From an uncultured Desulfurococcaceae archaeon (lineage in GTDB: Archaea > Thermoproteota > Thermoprotei_A > Sulfolobales > NBVN01): a stretch of 61,085 nt of DNA. The DNA is taken from positions 1-61,085 of the forward strand of contig CAYZXH010000002.1 of the NCBI GenBank assembly GCA_964482405.1, in the 5' to 3' direction. A program made the position numbers and the translations under genes. Shown piece after piece: positions 1 to 9,712 of this stretch. How positions within the stretch are numbered: position 1 is the stretch's first letter; each line of letters starts with the position of its first letter. The notes under the pieces were generated by a model. It did no database searches and was not told where the DNA came from. It saw nothing but the letters and a program-made list of their open reading frames with translations.

Positions 1-195
1 TGTAAAAGCTTACGAAATCGCTAAAGAAATCCTCAAGAAATAGAGGCGGCAACCCAGGGAAAGCGAAACATTATCACGATTTTAATTTAACTAAGCATTG
101 TGTTTCAGGACGATGTCAGTCCTTAATTTCCTTAGAGAGTGTCTTAAGCTATTCTTCATCACTCCAAATATGTTTGAGTCGCGTTTAGTTGAGGT

Positions 196-564
196 TTATG
201 CTTTCCCGTTCACGCACTTACATATCTCGTAGTTTAGGGTCTTGATTATTTGGTCTGCTATGTTCTCTTCTCTTAGTAGGAAGCAGAAATCGCATGCTAG
301 GTTGCTTGCGTTAGCTTCCCCCGTAGCTAGTTCCTTAGCTTTCTTATCTAATACTTCCTTAAGTCTCTGTATTGTGATTAACTTCTCCAACATCTTAGGT
401 CTCCTCCTCTTATTCACCACGTAATTCACGAGTGGTTGTGAGATACCGAGCATTCTCGACGCCTCCAACTGAGTTAGCCCGTAATCCCTCACCAACCTCT
501 CAGCTAGGTAAAGCCTGATCGCCGGTAACACGCTCTTCACGTAAACCTCACAGTAAGACCTCAT
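196..564 (-). CDS. small HTH (XRE-like) transcriptional regulator
   Basis: 122-aa ORF with a helix-turn-helix signature (LTQLEASRMLGISQPLVNYV); resembles archaeal COG2522-type regulators. Confidence 0.6.
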   Translation of the reverse strand: MRSYCEVYVKSVLPAIRLYLAERLVRDYGLTQLEASRMLGISQPLVNYVVNKRRRPKMLEKLITIQRLKEVLDKKAKELATGEANASNLACDFCFLLREENIADQIIKTLNYEICKCVNGKA

Positions 565-710
565 CCCCTAACCACCAATAACTTAATTATTACTCAACAC
601 TTAAATACATTCAAAACCATTGAATTAAGATTAAGAATAATTAAAGCAAAATCCCCCCAGACACCTCACTCAATCACCACACTACGCTACCTTAATCCTG
701 GCTACACCCA

Positions 711-719
711 TTTATAAAA
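711..719 (+). promoter_or_regulatory. candidate TATA box for the gene starting at 752
   Basis: tttataaaa lies 33-41 nt upstream of ATG 752, as expected for a short-leader archaeal promoter. Confidence 0.35.
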
Positions 720-751
720 CTTGAAAACATTATTTTAATTCGGGCGTAATA

Positions 752-1357
752 ATGTCTGAATTACCTCAAGAACATATAGACTTGGTGTTCTCTCTCAAGG
801 CGATGCGTAGGGGACTCCTCCTCGCTATCCTCGGAAGTCTTCTCCTCATCGTGAGTATCGCGACAATCGCTAACCCGGTTATGGCGATGGCTTTCCTAGG
901 TACTGTGCTAAGGAACTTCGTTGCTCTGGTGTTGGCGTTGGCGGGTGTGGCGTTATTTCTCGTAGGGTTCTACTTCATGTTCGTGCCCGGGGTCACGGAG
1001 CTTAAGGAAAGCGACCCGGATTACGCAACACCTGCGGTGCTAATCGAGTACGGGTACATGTTCGGGCTCATACTACTCATTTTCGGGATACTGTTTGCTT
1101 GGTCAGCATTTGGTCAATTAATGCAGGTACTTAGCTTTTTATTGCTCATAATAGGAACTATCGGGATGATAATCTTATGCTTTAAACTATACTCCAACGA
1201 GGAGAGTAATCTCTACGTGATTGCCGGGTTCCTGCTCATAGTAGGGGTATTCATAGGCGTGGCAATGCTCGCCTCCTATATCTTAATGTACCTAGCTCTA
1301 GGGAAAACCATCAGGAGATACAGCACATCAAAAACAACTCGCCTAGGCACCACATGA
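752..1357 (+). CDS. integral membrane protein, function unknown
   Basis: 201-aa ORF with about 5 long hydrophobic segments and coding-like composition; no recognisable catalytic motif. Confidence 0.6.
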   Translation: MSELPQEHIDLVFSLKAMRRGLLLAILGSLLLIVSIATIANPVMAMAFLGTVLRNFVALVLALAGVALFLVGFYFMFVPGVTELKESDPDYATPAVLIEYGYMFGLILLIFGILFAWSAFGQLMQVLSFLLLIIGTIGMIILCFKLYSNEESNLYVIAGFLLIVGVFIGVAMLASYILMYLALGKTIRRYSTSKTTRLGTT

Positions 1358-1411
1358 TGAAATTGAGGCTTCAGGGTTTTAATAGGGTTTTTAATTAAAG
1401 TTATTGGGTGA

Positions 1412-1485
1412 GGGGCCGTAGTTTAGCTTGGTAGAATGCGGGGTTCGGGTCCCCGTGGTCCGGGGTTCAAATCCCCGCGGCCCCA
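1412..1485 (+). tRNA. tRNA-Pro (anticodon CGG)
   Basis: Cloverleaf read by hand: acceptor GGGGCCG/CGGCCCC, anticodon stem CGGGG/CCCCG with loop TTCGGGT, T arm CGGGG-TTCAAAT-CCCCG, discriminator A. CCA is not encoded. An AT-rich TATA-like tract lies at 1377-1400. Confidence 0.95.
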
Positions 1486-1508
1486 CTAACTGTTTCTCCG
1501 TGTTCACG

Positions 1509-2369
1509 TCACCTCTTATGTGCTAGTCCTACGAGGTCCCCGATCCTCTCGTACCCTAGTTCAGAGACCCATTCTCTCAGACCCTCAAGTATCGAGTTAA
1601 CTACCTCCTTAGGGTTTGTAGCGAGTACTGAGCCTACCTGAAGTGCTCTAGCCCCAGCGAGTATTAGTTCCGCTGCCGACACCCAATCCGTCACCCCGCC
1701 AACCCCGATTATCTCCGGCTCGTACTCCCTGTAGACGTCGTAGACTACCCTAACAGCTATCGGGTGTATTGGAGGGCCTGACATGCCCCCGAACACGTTG
1801 CTGAGTATGGGCTTCGCTGAGTACACGTCTATGACCATCGCTTTAACAGTGTTGATCAGTGTTAAGGCCTTAGCTCCCCCCTCAAGCGCCTTACCCGACG
1901 ACTTAAGGTAGTTATCGCTGAACCCTAACTTAGCTATCACCGGAACGTCACTTAGTGAGGAAACCGCTTTAACGACTTCGTAAACGTTTGTCGGGTCGCT
2001 CCCTATGTCTAGTCCGTAACCCCTCGTGTGAGGACACCCTAGGTTCAACTCAATCATATCCGCGCCAGCGTCCACCGCCGCCGCGGAAACCTTAGCGAAC
2101 TCATCTAAGCTTGAACCACCAACACTAACTATCGTCACCAACCCTAACTCCTTACCCTTCCTCACGACCTGAGGTAATGACCCCATACCCGGGTTAGCCA
2201 AGCCTACGGCGTTTATGTAACCTCCGTTCCTTAACTTAAGTATTATCGGGGGGCCGTACCCCTCCCTCGGCTTCTCAGTGAAGGTCTTAGTTACTACTGC
2301 TGCCAAACCATAGCTAGCTAGTTTAACAATGTGTTCGGGGGTGGCTCCGAGAACCCCGCTAGCGTTCAT
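1509..2369 (-). CDS. pyrD: dihydroorotate dehydrogenase, catalytic subunit (class 1B PyrD)
   Basis: Motifs NASG, NLGCPHT (active-site Cys loop) and GVGGV; immediately downstream of pyrK. The true N-terminus may lie upstream of the first ATG (see findings). Confidence 0.9.
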   Translation of the reverse strand: MNASGVLGATPEHIVKLASYGLAAVVTKTFTEKPREGYGPPIILKLRNGGYINAVGLANPGMGSLPQVVRKGKELGLVTIVSVGGSSLDEFAKVSAAAVDAGADMIELNLGCPHTRGYGLDIGSDPTNVYEVVKAVSSLSDVPVIAKLGFSDNYLKSSGKALEGGAKALTLINTVKAMVIDVYSAKPILSNVFGGMSGPPIHPIAVRVVYDVYREYEPEIIGVGGVTDWVSAAELILAGARALQVGSVLATNPKEVVNSILEGLREWVSELGYERIGDLVGLAHKR

Positions 2370-2418
2370 TAAGACGTGCTTGAGCCTAACCCCAGCTAAG
2401 ACAGTGCTTAGATCTATC

Positions 2419-3228
2419 TCACGTCCTGAGATAATGCATCACCTCCTCACACCTAAAGGCGGGTCCGTCAACACACAGTAACTTATCCGTGTTGGGTAGG
2501 ACGCAGGAACCACAGAGCCCGACACCACACTTAACCATGGTCTCTAAAACCACGTAGGTGTTAACACCTGAAGTAACCTCGCATAAAGACTTAAGCATAC
2601 CCTTAGGTCCTACACCGATGATCAAGTCGTACCCATACCTACCCATCAACTCCCTAGCAAGCTCTGAAGCCAGCCCACAGTAACCGATACTGCAGTCCTC
2701 AGTAGCTACGTGAATATACTCAACACCGCTCATAAGGGAACCTAAGTTGAAGAGCTCACCCCTTTTCTTAACCCCCCAAACAACCTCGAACCTACATCCC
2801 CTAGAAGCTAGGTATTTGGTTATGTAAGGTGTTGGCGCAACACCCGAACCCCCCACCACGAGCAAAGCTGAAGAACCCTCAACAACCCTGAGAGGCTTGC
2901 CTAAAGGTCCTTTAAGACCTACGTAAGACCCCGGACCCAGCCTAGATAAAGCGTCGGTACCAGCTCCCTTAACCTCGTAAATGAAAGATAGCATACCCCC
3001 CTCATAGTCGGCCACACTCAACGGTATTTCATCAACCCCCGGCACCCAGACCATGAAGAACTGCGGCGGCTCAGGAACCCTTAAATCACCTAAGGGCTTA
3101 ACCCTAATCATCCGAAACCTGCCACTCAAGACATTGTTTGAGTAAACCTTAGCAGGCAAAACTAAATGCTCGTGAGAATCTCCACCACCTAATTGCGGGA
3201 ACTCAGACTTACCCACACGACCCGCCAA
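2419..3228 (-). CDS. pyrK: dihydroorotate dehydrogenase electron-transfer subunit (PyrK; FAD and 2Fe-2S)
   Basis: C-terminal cluster motif CGVGLCGSCV...LCVDGP and a flavin reductase-like fold pattern; TTG start; adjacent to pyrD. Confidence 0.85.
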   Translation of the reverse strand: MAGRVGKSEFPQLGGGDSHEHLVLPAKVYSNNVLSGRFRMIRVKPLGDLRVPEPPQFFMVWVPGVDEIPLSVADYEGGMLSFIYEVKGAGTDALSRLGPGSYVGLKGPLGKPLRVVEGSSALLVVGGSGVAPTPYITKYLASRGCRFEVVWGVKKRGELFNLGSLMSGVEYIHVATEDCSIGYCGLASELARELMGRYGYDLIIGVGPKGMLKSLCEVTSGVNTYVVLETMVKCGVGLCGSCVLPNTDKLLCVDGPAFRCEEVMHYLRT

Positions 3229-3322
3229 TATATTGGCCCAAGAGTTTTTAAGCTTAGCACGCGATGACTCGAAACCTATATTTAGGTTTTAGGAATTCAT
3301 ACCGGGAAGTCTAGGTGGTTCG

Positions 3323-3820
3323 ATGACGTCTCTCGCAATCAGTGCTTCCCTGGTTGTCTTGGCAGCGCTAGCCCCAATATCGGAGATTAGGGGTGCTATA
3401 CCGCTAGCATACGTCGTCGCTCAAGACAGCAATACTAAGTGGTTGCTCGTAGCTCTAGCTATCGCGTGTAATTCCCTAATCCCCTTCATAGCGCTGGAAG
3501 CACTGCAGGTCCTTGAAGGCATGCTACTTAGATCTACCAACAAGGTCTTGAGCTATGTTAAACAACTATATTACCGCATAGTCAGCCGGGCTAGGAGGGA
3601 GGGGAACAAGTACTTGAGGAGGTGGGGTTACTTAGGGTTAGCGGTTTTCGTGGCGATACCGCTACCGGTGACGGGAGCTTGGACCGCCTCATTAATAGCT
3701 CACTTATTCGGCTTAAGTAAGTTGAGGGCCTCACTAGCTATAGTGATAGGGGTGATCATAGCCTCCGTCATAGTTGTGTTAGCTATGGAGGGGGTTATAG
3801 CCATAATAAACTTGTTATAG
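3323..3820 (+). CDS. small multidrug-export-like membrane protein (COG2426-like)
   Basis: 165-aa protein with 4-5 TM segments; N-terminal PISEIRGAIPLA motif is typical of this family. Confidence 0.55.
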   Translation: MTSLAISASLVVLAALAPISEIRGAIPLAYVVAQDSNTKWLLVALAIACNSLIPFIALEALQVLEGMLLRSTNKVLSYVKQLYYRIVSRARREGNKYLRRWGYLGLAVFVAIPLPVTGAWTASLIAHLFGLSKLRASLAIVIGVIIASVIVVLAMEGVIAIINLL

Positions 3821-3898
3821 ATTCTCATAAAGAATTAAAACACTATAAGAGAGTCTTCGTTAATTAACTACGTAAAAACATGTCTGATGGAGTAGGAA

Positions 3899-6235
3899 AT
3901 GCCTGTATTAAGGCTGGTGATTGAGGGCATCGTTCAGGGAGTCGGTTTCAGACCCTTTCTTCACAGACTAGGGTCTAGGCTAGGTCTTAAAGGATATTTA
4001 AGAAATGTCGGTGGCTCAGAAGTAGAGGTCGTTGCGGAAGGAAATTACGAGACACTCGCGCTCTTCATTAAGAAACTAATGAGTGAGAAGCCTCCTACAG
4101 CACGTGTTGAGGGTGTCGAGATAGAGATCCTGGACAACGCAGGCAACTTCGGAGACTTCACGATAACTAGTAGCGACGTTAGAGCCATAAAAAGGTCTAT
4201 GATACCCCCGGACTTCGCCATATGTGATGATTGCTTGAGGGAAGTTCTAGACCCTCACGACAGGAGGTATAGGTACGCCTTCAACTCATGTGCTTGGTGC
4301 GGACCTAGGTTCACAATGATGTATAGAGTACCTTACGACAGAGAAAACACTTCTATGAATAAGTACAGGTTATGTGATGAGTGCTCCGCGGAATATAGGG
4401 ACATCGAGAACCTGAGAAGATACCACGCTCAAGGAATAAGCTGCCCGGCCGACGGTCCTAGACTCTGGTTAACGGATAACGCGGGCGCGGTAATCGAGAC
4501 TAAAGACCCTATCAAAGAAGCTTCTAAACTCATTGATGAAGGCGCTATCATAGCCGTCAAAGGTATCGGAGGCTACCATATAGCTTCCCTAGCCACGGAC
4601 GACGAGGTAGTCCTTAAGTTGAGGAAGAGGAAGGAGAGACCTACTAAGCCTTTCGCTATCATGGGTCTTAACACGCGTGTTTTAGAAAGTATAGTAGTGA
4701 TTGACGAGAGAGCTGAGGAAATACTTAAATCACCTGAGAGACCGATAGTCCTCCTCCCCAAGAAAGAAGACTCAAGGGTTTCCAAGTACGTCTCCCCGGG
4801 CATGAATGTTGAGGGTGTTTTCACGGCTTACACGGCACTACACTACCTACTCCTGCTCGACACGAGGGATAAGTTTCTCATAATGACTAGCGGCAACCCT
4901 AGAGGGCAACCCATGTGCGTCAGTGAGGAATGCGTTTACGGCAAGCTAAACAAGGTAGTTGATTATGTTTTAACTCATGATAGGGAGATAGTTAACAGAG
5001 CTGACGACTCAGTAATACGGTTCACTGACGGAAGACCTGTACTGCTGAGGAGGGGTAGGGGATACGCCCCGACGTGGGTTAAGATAGGTCGTAAGCTACC
5101 TAAGAACGTGATAGCTTTCGGAGCAGAACTACAGTCCGCTGGCGCCGTAGGATTCGAGGATAAGGTAGTCTTAACTCAGTATATAGGTGATGCCGACGAC
5201 CTCGACACCCTCGAGGATCTCTCAAAATATCTTAAGTTCATCATAACTAACTACAGGGTAGAGTTAAGTAGGTCTGTCGTCGCGGTGGATAAGCACCCAT
5301 ACTATAACTCAAGCCGTCTAGGGAGATTCTACGCTCTAGACCACGGGCTTGAGGTGTTTGAGGTGCAGCACCACTACGCACACGCCCTAGCCACAATGGC
5401 AGATCAGAAGATTCTAGGAAGGAACGCAGTAGCCATCGTAGTGGACGGGGTGGGTTACGGCGATGACGGGGCTATCTGGGGTGGTGAGGTCTTGACCATA
5501 GGTGAGGACTTAAGCTACAGGAGGGTGGGTTCACTCACGTACCTACCATTCGTAGGCGATGAATCCACCTACAGACCGGCCAGGTACCTAACATCGAGCC
5601 TCCTAACCTTCATGAGTCCGGAGGAAGTTAAGGAGGTAGCCGTTAAGCTAGGTTTCGTTAAGGGGTTGAGGAGTCTTGACGAGGTAGACGCGCTACACGC
5701 TCTAGTAAGACGCGGTAACTACGTGAGGTCATCCTCAACCGGGAGGTTTCTCGACGCGGTTTCCGCGATGCTGGGTGTTTGCTACGTGAGGACTTACGAG
5801 GGTGAGCCGGCCATAACTCTGGAAGCCTACTCACGTGGAGGCGAGGTATTAAGTAATTTAATCGAGGAAATCAAGATCTCGTATTCTGAGGGGACGTACA
5901 GAATTGACTTAATCACGTTCTTAAGCAAGCTGATCGAGACTTTAACGAGTAATGATTTAAGCACGTACCTGAAAGCGAGTGTGGGACGCACTGCTCAGTA
6001 CGGCTTAGGACACGCTTTAGGGAGGATAGTAACTAGGGTGGTGGATAGCGGGTTATTCAAGCCGGACTACGTGGTTTTGGGCGGTGGGGCGGCAGTGAAT
6101 GATTTCTTCGTGAAGGGGGTTAGGGATTCACTAGAAGGACTGAAAATACCGGTGCTCATTCCTGAGAAGATCCCGTTGAATGATGGGGGGATACCTCTAG
6201 GGCAGGTGGTCTCCATTCTATCAATACATCATTAA
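3899..6235 (+). CDS. hypF: [NiFe] hydrogenase maturation carbamoyltransferase HypF
   Basis: 778 aa. Acylphosphatase N-terminus (VEGIVQGVGFRPF), two CxxC-x18-CxxC zinc fingers (CDDC...CAWCGPRF; CDEC...), a YrdC-like domain (VKGIGGYH) and a Kae1-like C-terminal domain. Confidence 0.95.
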   Translation: MPVLRLVIEGIVQGVGFRPFLHRLGSRLGLKGYLRNVGGSEVEVVAEGNYETLALFIKKLMSEKPPTARVEGVEIEILDNAGNFGDFTITSSDVRAIKRSMIPPDFAICDDCLREVLDPHDRRYRYAFNSCAWCGPRFTMMYRVPYDRENTSMNKYRLCDECSAEYRDIENLRRYHAQGISCPADGPRLWLTDNAGAVIETKDPIKEASKLIDEGAIIAVKGIGGYHIASLATDDEVVLKLRKRKERPTKPFAIMGLNTRVLESIVVIDERAEEILKSPERPIVLLPKKEDSRVSKYVSPGMNVEGVFTAYTALHYLLLLDTRDKFLIMTSGNPRGQPMCVSEECVYGKLNKVVDYVLTHDREIVNRADDSVIRFTDGRPVLLRRGRGYAPTWVKIGRKLPKNVIAFGAELQSAGAVGFEDKVVLTQYIGDADDLDTLEDLSKYLKFIITNYRVELSRSVVAVDKHPYYNSSRLGRFYALDHGLEVFEVQHHYAHALATMADQKILGRNAVAIVVDGVGYGDDGAIWGGEVLTIGEDLSYRRVGSLTYLPFVGDESTYRPARYLTSSLLTFMSPEEVKEVAVKLGFVKGLRSLDEVDALHALVRRGNYVRSSSTGRFLDAVSAMLGVCYVRTYEGEPAITLEAYSRGGEVLSNLIEEIKISYSEGTYRIDLITFLSKLIETLTSNDLSTYLKASVGRTAQYGLGHALGRIVTRVVDSGLFKPDYVVLGGGAAVNDFFVKGVRDSLEGLKIPVLIPEKIPLNDGGIPLGQVVSILSIHH

Positions 6236-6290
6236 AATGCTTTTAAGCTGTCCCATAATTATGGATCGGGATCAAGGAAGGTGTTAGGTT

Positions 6291-6734
6291 GTGGAGAGAG
6301 TTAAGATAATCAGGTACTCGCCGTGGCTAGTGCACTTCAACACCGGCGCGTGCAACGGATGCGATATCGAGGTTCTCGCTTCTATAACACCTCATTACGA
6401 CCCAGAGAGGTTCGGGGTTAGACTAGCTCCCTCAGTAAGACACGGCGACGTACTAGTAGTTACTGGAGTTGTAACGAAGAAAGCTGCTGAAAGACTTAAG
6501 AGGCTCTACGAGCAAATGCCTGAACCGAAGTTTGTCGTGGCTGTGGGGGCATGTGCTCTCAGCGGAGGTGTTTTCCAAGGTTCTTACCCTGTCGTGGGCG
6601 GGGCTGATAAGGTGGTTAAGGTTGACGTGTACGTGCCCGGATGCCCGCCTAGACCGGAAGCCATACTTGAGGGCATCATCAAGCTACTTAAGAAGCTTGA
6701 GGGGGGTGACGGCGACGGCTCAAAGTCTGGTTGA
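6291..6734 (+). CDS. mbhJ: membrane-bound hydrogenase small subunit (NuoB-like)
   Basis: NuoB/HycG Fe-S motifs CNGCDIE, GACALSGG and VPGCPPRPE; GTG start preceded by a GGAAGGTG Shine-Dalgarno-like sequence. Confidence 0.9.
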   Translation: MERVKIIRYSPWLVHFNTGACNGCDIEVLASITPHYDPERFGVRLAPSVRHGDVLVVTGVVTKKAAERLKRLYEQMPEPKFVVAVGACALSGGVFQGSYPVVGGADKVVKVDVYVPGCPPRPEAILEGIIKLLKKLEGGDGDGSKSG

Positions 6735-6750
6735 CTCACTTAAGGAGTAC

Positions 6751-7161
6751 GTGATCAAATCCTACACTATGAAACCTAATAGAGTGGTTGTCGAGGTAGA
6801 AGCGAGCAAGATTAGGGATATCTTCGTTAAGTTAGTTGAGGTTCTAGGTAAGGGATCTTTCTATCTCGCCACCATAGAGGGGACGGATCTCCCTGAGAAG
6901 AACCTCATACGTATCGACTACTTCATCAACTTATTTAAGCATGACACTTACTTAGTACTCCGAGCTTACATGCCTAGGGAAAACCCAGTCATACCTTCAG
7001 TGATTGACTTAATCCCAGGCGCTCTGGCAGGCGAGCTGGAGACTTACGATCTCCTAGGGATAATATTCGAGGGGAACACTCACTTAAGGAGATCTTTCTT
7101 CGTCCCGGAAGACGTCTCGTCTAAGGGTATTTACCCGTTAAGAAAAGACTCGGGTGTTTGA
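6751..7161 (+). CDS. mbhK: membrane-bound hydrogenase NuoC-like subunit
   Basis: NuoC/HycE N-terminal domain-like sequence. The track ORF 6532-7161 is trimmed to the first start after the mbhJ stop (GTG 6751; ATG 6769 is the alternative). Confidence 0.8.
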   Translation: MIKSYTMKPNRVVVEVEASKIRDIFVKLVEVLGKGSFYLATIEGTDLPEKNLIRIDYFINLFKHDTYLVLRAYMPRENPVIPSVIDLIPGALAGELETYDLLGIIFEGNTHLRRSFFVPEDVSSKGIYPLRKDSGV

Positions 7162-8357
7162 AGTTGGTTGAGGTAACACACTTAATCGAGATACCCCTAA
7201 CTGTTGAGATACCTGTAGGACCTCAGCACCCGGCACTACACGAGCCCCTACTACTAAAGCTTCACGCAGACGGCGAGAGGGTAGTTAAGGTTGATGTCAT
7301 AACAGGCTATAATCATAGAGGTATAGAGAAGCTGGCTGAGAAGAACTCTTTCTATAGAGACATATTCATAGTCGGGCGCGTTTGCGGTATATGTAACGCT
7401 GTCCACGCTAACTGCTACGTGAGAGCCCTAGAATACATACTAGACGTAGACCCACCACCTAGAGCTAAATACTTGAGGGTCCTGGCGATGGAGCTGGAAA
7501 GGATTCACAGCCACATGCTCATACTAGCTGTGAACGCCGAGCTCGCAGGATACGAGACTTTATTCATGTACTTAATGAAGGATAGAGAATACGTCATGAA
7601 AGCTAAGGAGATACTCACCGGACAGAGGGTATTAGCTGATTATATGATGGTCGGCGGCGTTAGGAGAGACGTGGACGAGGTGAAGAAGTCTAGGATACTA
7701 GACATAGTTCGGAGAGTTGAGGAGAGGGTGAGGTACTACCATAATGTTTTCCGGGAAGACGCGACAATTAATAAGAGGTTGAGGGATGCTGGAAGGATAA
7801 AGCAAGTTGATGCATTAGCGAATTCCTTGGTAGGGCCCGTGGTCAGGGGCTCCGGAGTCAAGACTGACGCGAGAGCTCACGACAAGTACGACGCTTACAA
7901 CGAGATACCGTTCAATGTAATTACGGAAGATTACGGTGATAGTTACGCGAGAGCTATGGTGAGGTTCGGGGAACTCTATGAGTCAATAAATATGGTGAAT
8001 TATATCTTGACACACCTACCTCAAGGCAATCCAGTACCTGACGAGAGGAGACTACCTAGGAGATTCCCTGAGGGCGAATCTTACGCGATAGTTGAGGCTC
8101 CTAGAGGCGAGTTAACGTACTACGTCAGTAGCTCAGGGGGTGACAAGCCTTACAGAGTCAAGATAAGAACCCCCTCACTAAACAACATAGTTAACTCAAC
8201 CTTCGCGTACATCGACCAGATGATAGCTGACGTACCGATCATTCTAGGGAGTTTCGACCCATGCATATCGTGCATGGAGAGAGCGGTGATCACGGATCTA
8301 AGGAGGGGGGTCAAGTACCAGATCCCTCTAAAGGTGTTAGGAGGTGTTAAGAAGTGA
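7158..8357 (+). CDS. mbhL: group 4 [NiFe] hydrogenase large (catalytic) subunit
   Basis: Both Ni-Fe ligand pairs are present: N-terminal RVCGICNAVH and C-terminal DPCISCMER. NuoD-like core; 4-nt overlap with mbhK. Confidence 0.93.
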   Translation: MKLVEVTHLIEIPLTVEIPVGPQHPALHEPLLLKLHADGERVVKVDVITGYNHRGIEKLAEKNSFYRDIFIVGRVCGICNAVHANCYVRALEYILDVDPPPRAKYLRVLAMELERIHSHMLILAVNAELAGYETLFMYLMKDREYVMKAKEILTGQRVLADYMMVGGVRRDVDEVKKSRILDIVRRVEERVRYYHNVFREDATINKRLRDAGRIKQVDALANSLVGPVVRGSGVKTDARAHDKYDAYNEIPFNVITEDYGDSYARAMVRFGELYESINMVNYILTHLPQGNPVPDERRLPRRFPEGESYAIVEAPRGELTYYVSSSGGDKPYRVKIRTPSLNNIVNSTFAYIDQMIADVPIILGSFDPCISCMERAVITDLRRGVKYQIPLKVLGGVKK

Positions 8358-8752
8358 GGCCAGCTCTACTTAAGGAAATCATTAAAGGCATCTTCACGAA
8401 GCCAGCTACCATACAGTACCCTAAGGAACAAACTCTTATTGAGCCGGACTTCAGGGGAAGACAGTACGCGGATTTAAAGAAGTGTATCGGGTGCTCACTC
8501 TGCGCCATAGAATGCCCAGCAAACGCTATAACGATGGTTAAGATACCGGATGAGTACGTGGTACCTAAAACAAACGCTAGGAGAATATACCCGGTAATTA
8601 ATTACTTCAAGTGCGTTTTCTGCTATAGGTGTGTTACCGTGTGCCCGACGAGCGCCTACCTAGTCACTAACGAGTACAGGCTCGCTTCATCAGCTCCTAT
8701 GGACTCCAGCCAGCTTTCTTTATCAACCACTACTAAGGCTGGTGGTGTTTGA
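8354..8752 (+). CDS. mbhN: hydrogenase 2x[4Fe-4S] ferredoxin subunit (NuoI-like)
   Basis: Two CxxCxxCxxxCP motifs (CIGCSLCAIECP; CVFCYRCVTVCP); GTGA overlap with mbhL. Confidence 0.85.
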   Translation: MRPALLKEIIKGIFTKPATIQYPKEQTLIEPDFRGRQYADLKKCIGCSLCAIECPANAITMVKIPDEYVVPKTNARRIYPVINYFKCVFCYRCVTVCPTSAYLVTNEYRLASSAPMDSSQLSLSTTTKAGGV

Positions 8753-9033
8753 TGAACCCCGAACCCTACTTAACGGTGGTCTTCTGGGTAATGCCGATCT
8801 ACCTAACAGCGTTTACGTTATATTCTGTGAGAGCTGTTAAGGGTCCTACAATACCTGACAGCGTGCTAGCTATAGACGCCATGAGTTACGACCTAGCCGC
8901 CTTCATAACGATCTTAAGCATACTCTTCCGATCCCCTATCTTAATCGCGGTAGCTATAGTCTTGGCTTTATGGGTGTTCGCTCTAGACATATACGTAGCT
9001 AAGTATCTTGAGTCTAGAGAGATGGGTGAGTAG
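8749..9033 (+). CDS. mbhB: Mrp antiporter-like subunit (MnhF/MbhB type)
   Basis: 94 aa, 3 TM; RAVKGPTIPDSVLAIDA motif is typical of MnhF/PhaF. Confidence 0.75.
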   Translation: MMNPEPYLTVVFWVMPIYLTAFTLYSVRAVKGPTIPDSVLAIDAMSYDLAAFITILSILFRSPILIAVAIVLALWVFALDIYVAKYLESREMGE

Positions 9034-9035
9034 CC

Positions 9036-9425
9036 GTGTTGGGGGAAGTCATTAACGAGGCATTGATGTTCCTAGGAACCCTGATGATTGTGGTGGGAGC
9101 TATAGCAGACTTAATAGGATCTATAGGGTTATTAAGATTCCCTAACTTCTTCGTCAGACTACACGCCGCTACCGTAGGAACCATATGGGGTGCTTTCCTC
9201 CCGTTAATAGGGGCGGCACTCTTAGCAGCTGGGTACGTTGAGTTAGGTATGTATAGGTGGTTCGTCGCTGGAGGAGCTGTAGTAACCGCATCACTAATAC
9301 TGCTTTTAGGTCCAGTAGGTTCTCACGCCCTAGCTAGAGCTTCCTACAGATCCAGAGCCGCAGCCCCCCACCCGTTAATTCACGACGCGTTACAGGAAAA
9401 ACTGAGGGAAGGTGAGAAGAAATGA
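9036..9425 (+). CDS. mbhC: Mrp antiporter-like subunit (MnhG/MbhC type)
   Basis: 129 aa; GLLRFPNFFVRLHAAT motif is typical of MnhG/PhaG. Confidence 0.8.
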   Translation: MLGEVINEALMFLGTLMIVVGAIADLIGSIGLLRFPNFFVRLHAATVGTIWGAFLPLIGAALLAAGYVELGMYRWFVAGGAVVTASLILLLGPVGSHALARASYRSRAAAPHPLIHDALQEKLREGEKK

Positions 9426-9712
9426 TTGAATTAGACACGCTAACCTACTTATTCATGGCTTTAGCAGGAGTTGTCTCACTTATTGCTACTTATTTAGCTA
9501 TCCTAGAAAACGACTTGATTAGAGCGGTGGTCTTCTCCGCGTTACAGAGCACGGTATACGCTATATTATTCTATCTACTCATGGCTCCTGACATAGCGCT
9601 AGTCTATATACCAGTAGCCGTAGGTCTATACCCGGCGGTAGTCCTCTTCTTAATAAAGAAGACCGAGAGATCTGAAGGTGATTTAGGAGGAGCTGGGGGT
9701 GGTAGTGAGTGA
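9422..9712 (+). CDS. mbhD: Mrp antiporter-like small membrane subunit (MbhD / DUF4040-like)
   Basis: 96 aa, 3 TM; assigned by position in the Mrp module; ATGA overlap on both sides. Confidence 0.6.
   Translation: MIELDTLTYLFMALAGVVSLIATYLAILENDLIRAVVFSALQSTVYAILFYLLMAPDIALVYIPVAVGLYPAVVLFLIKKTERSEGDLGGAGGGSE

Noticed and set aside
2-43. Partial 3-prime end of a plus-strand CDS at the window start (..VKAYEIAKEILKK*).
   Set aside because: Only 13 codons are visible, too short to support any call.
1354-1360. C/D-box sRNA candidate (ATGATGA just before the tRNA-Pro gene).
   Set aside because: The heptamer is simply the stop-codon region of the 752-1357 CDS. No CTGA D or D-prime boxes occur at the required spacing. 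Other TGATGA occurrences in the window are inside CDSs.
6532-6750. N-terminal extension of the NuoC-like ORF, overlapping mbhJ in another frame.
   Set aside because: The extension lies entirely inside the well-supported mbhJ coding region and has no NuoC similarity. In-frame GTG 6751 and ATG 6769 follow right after the mbhJ stop.
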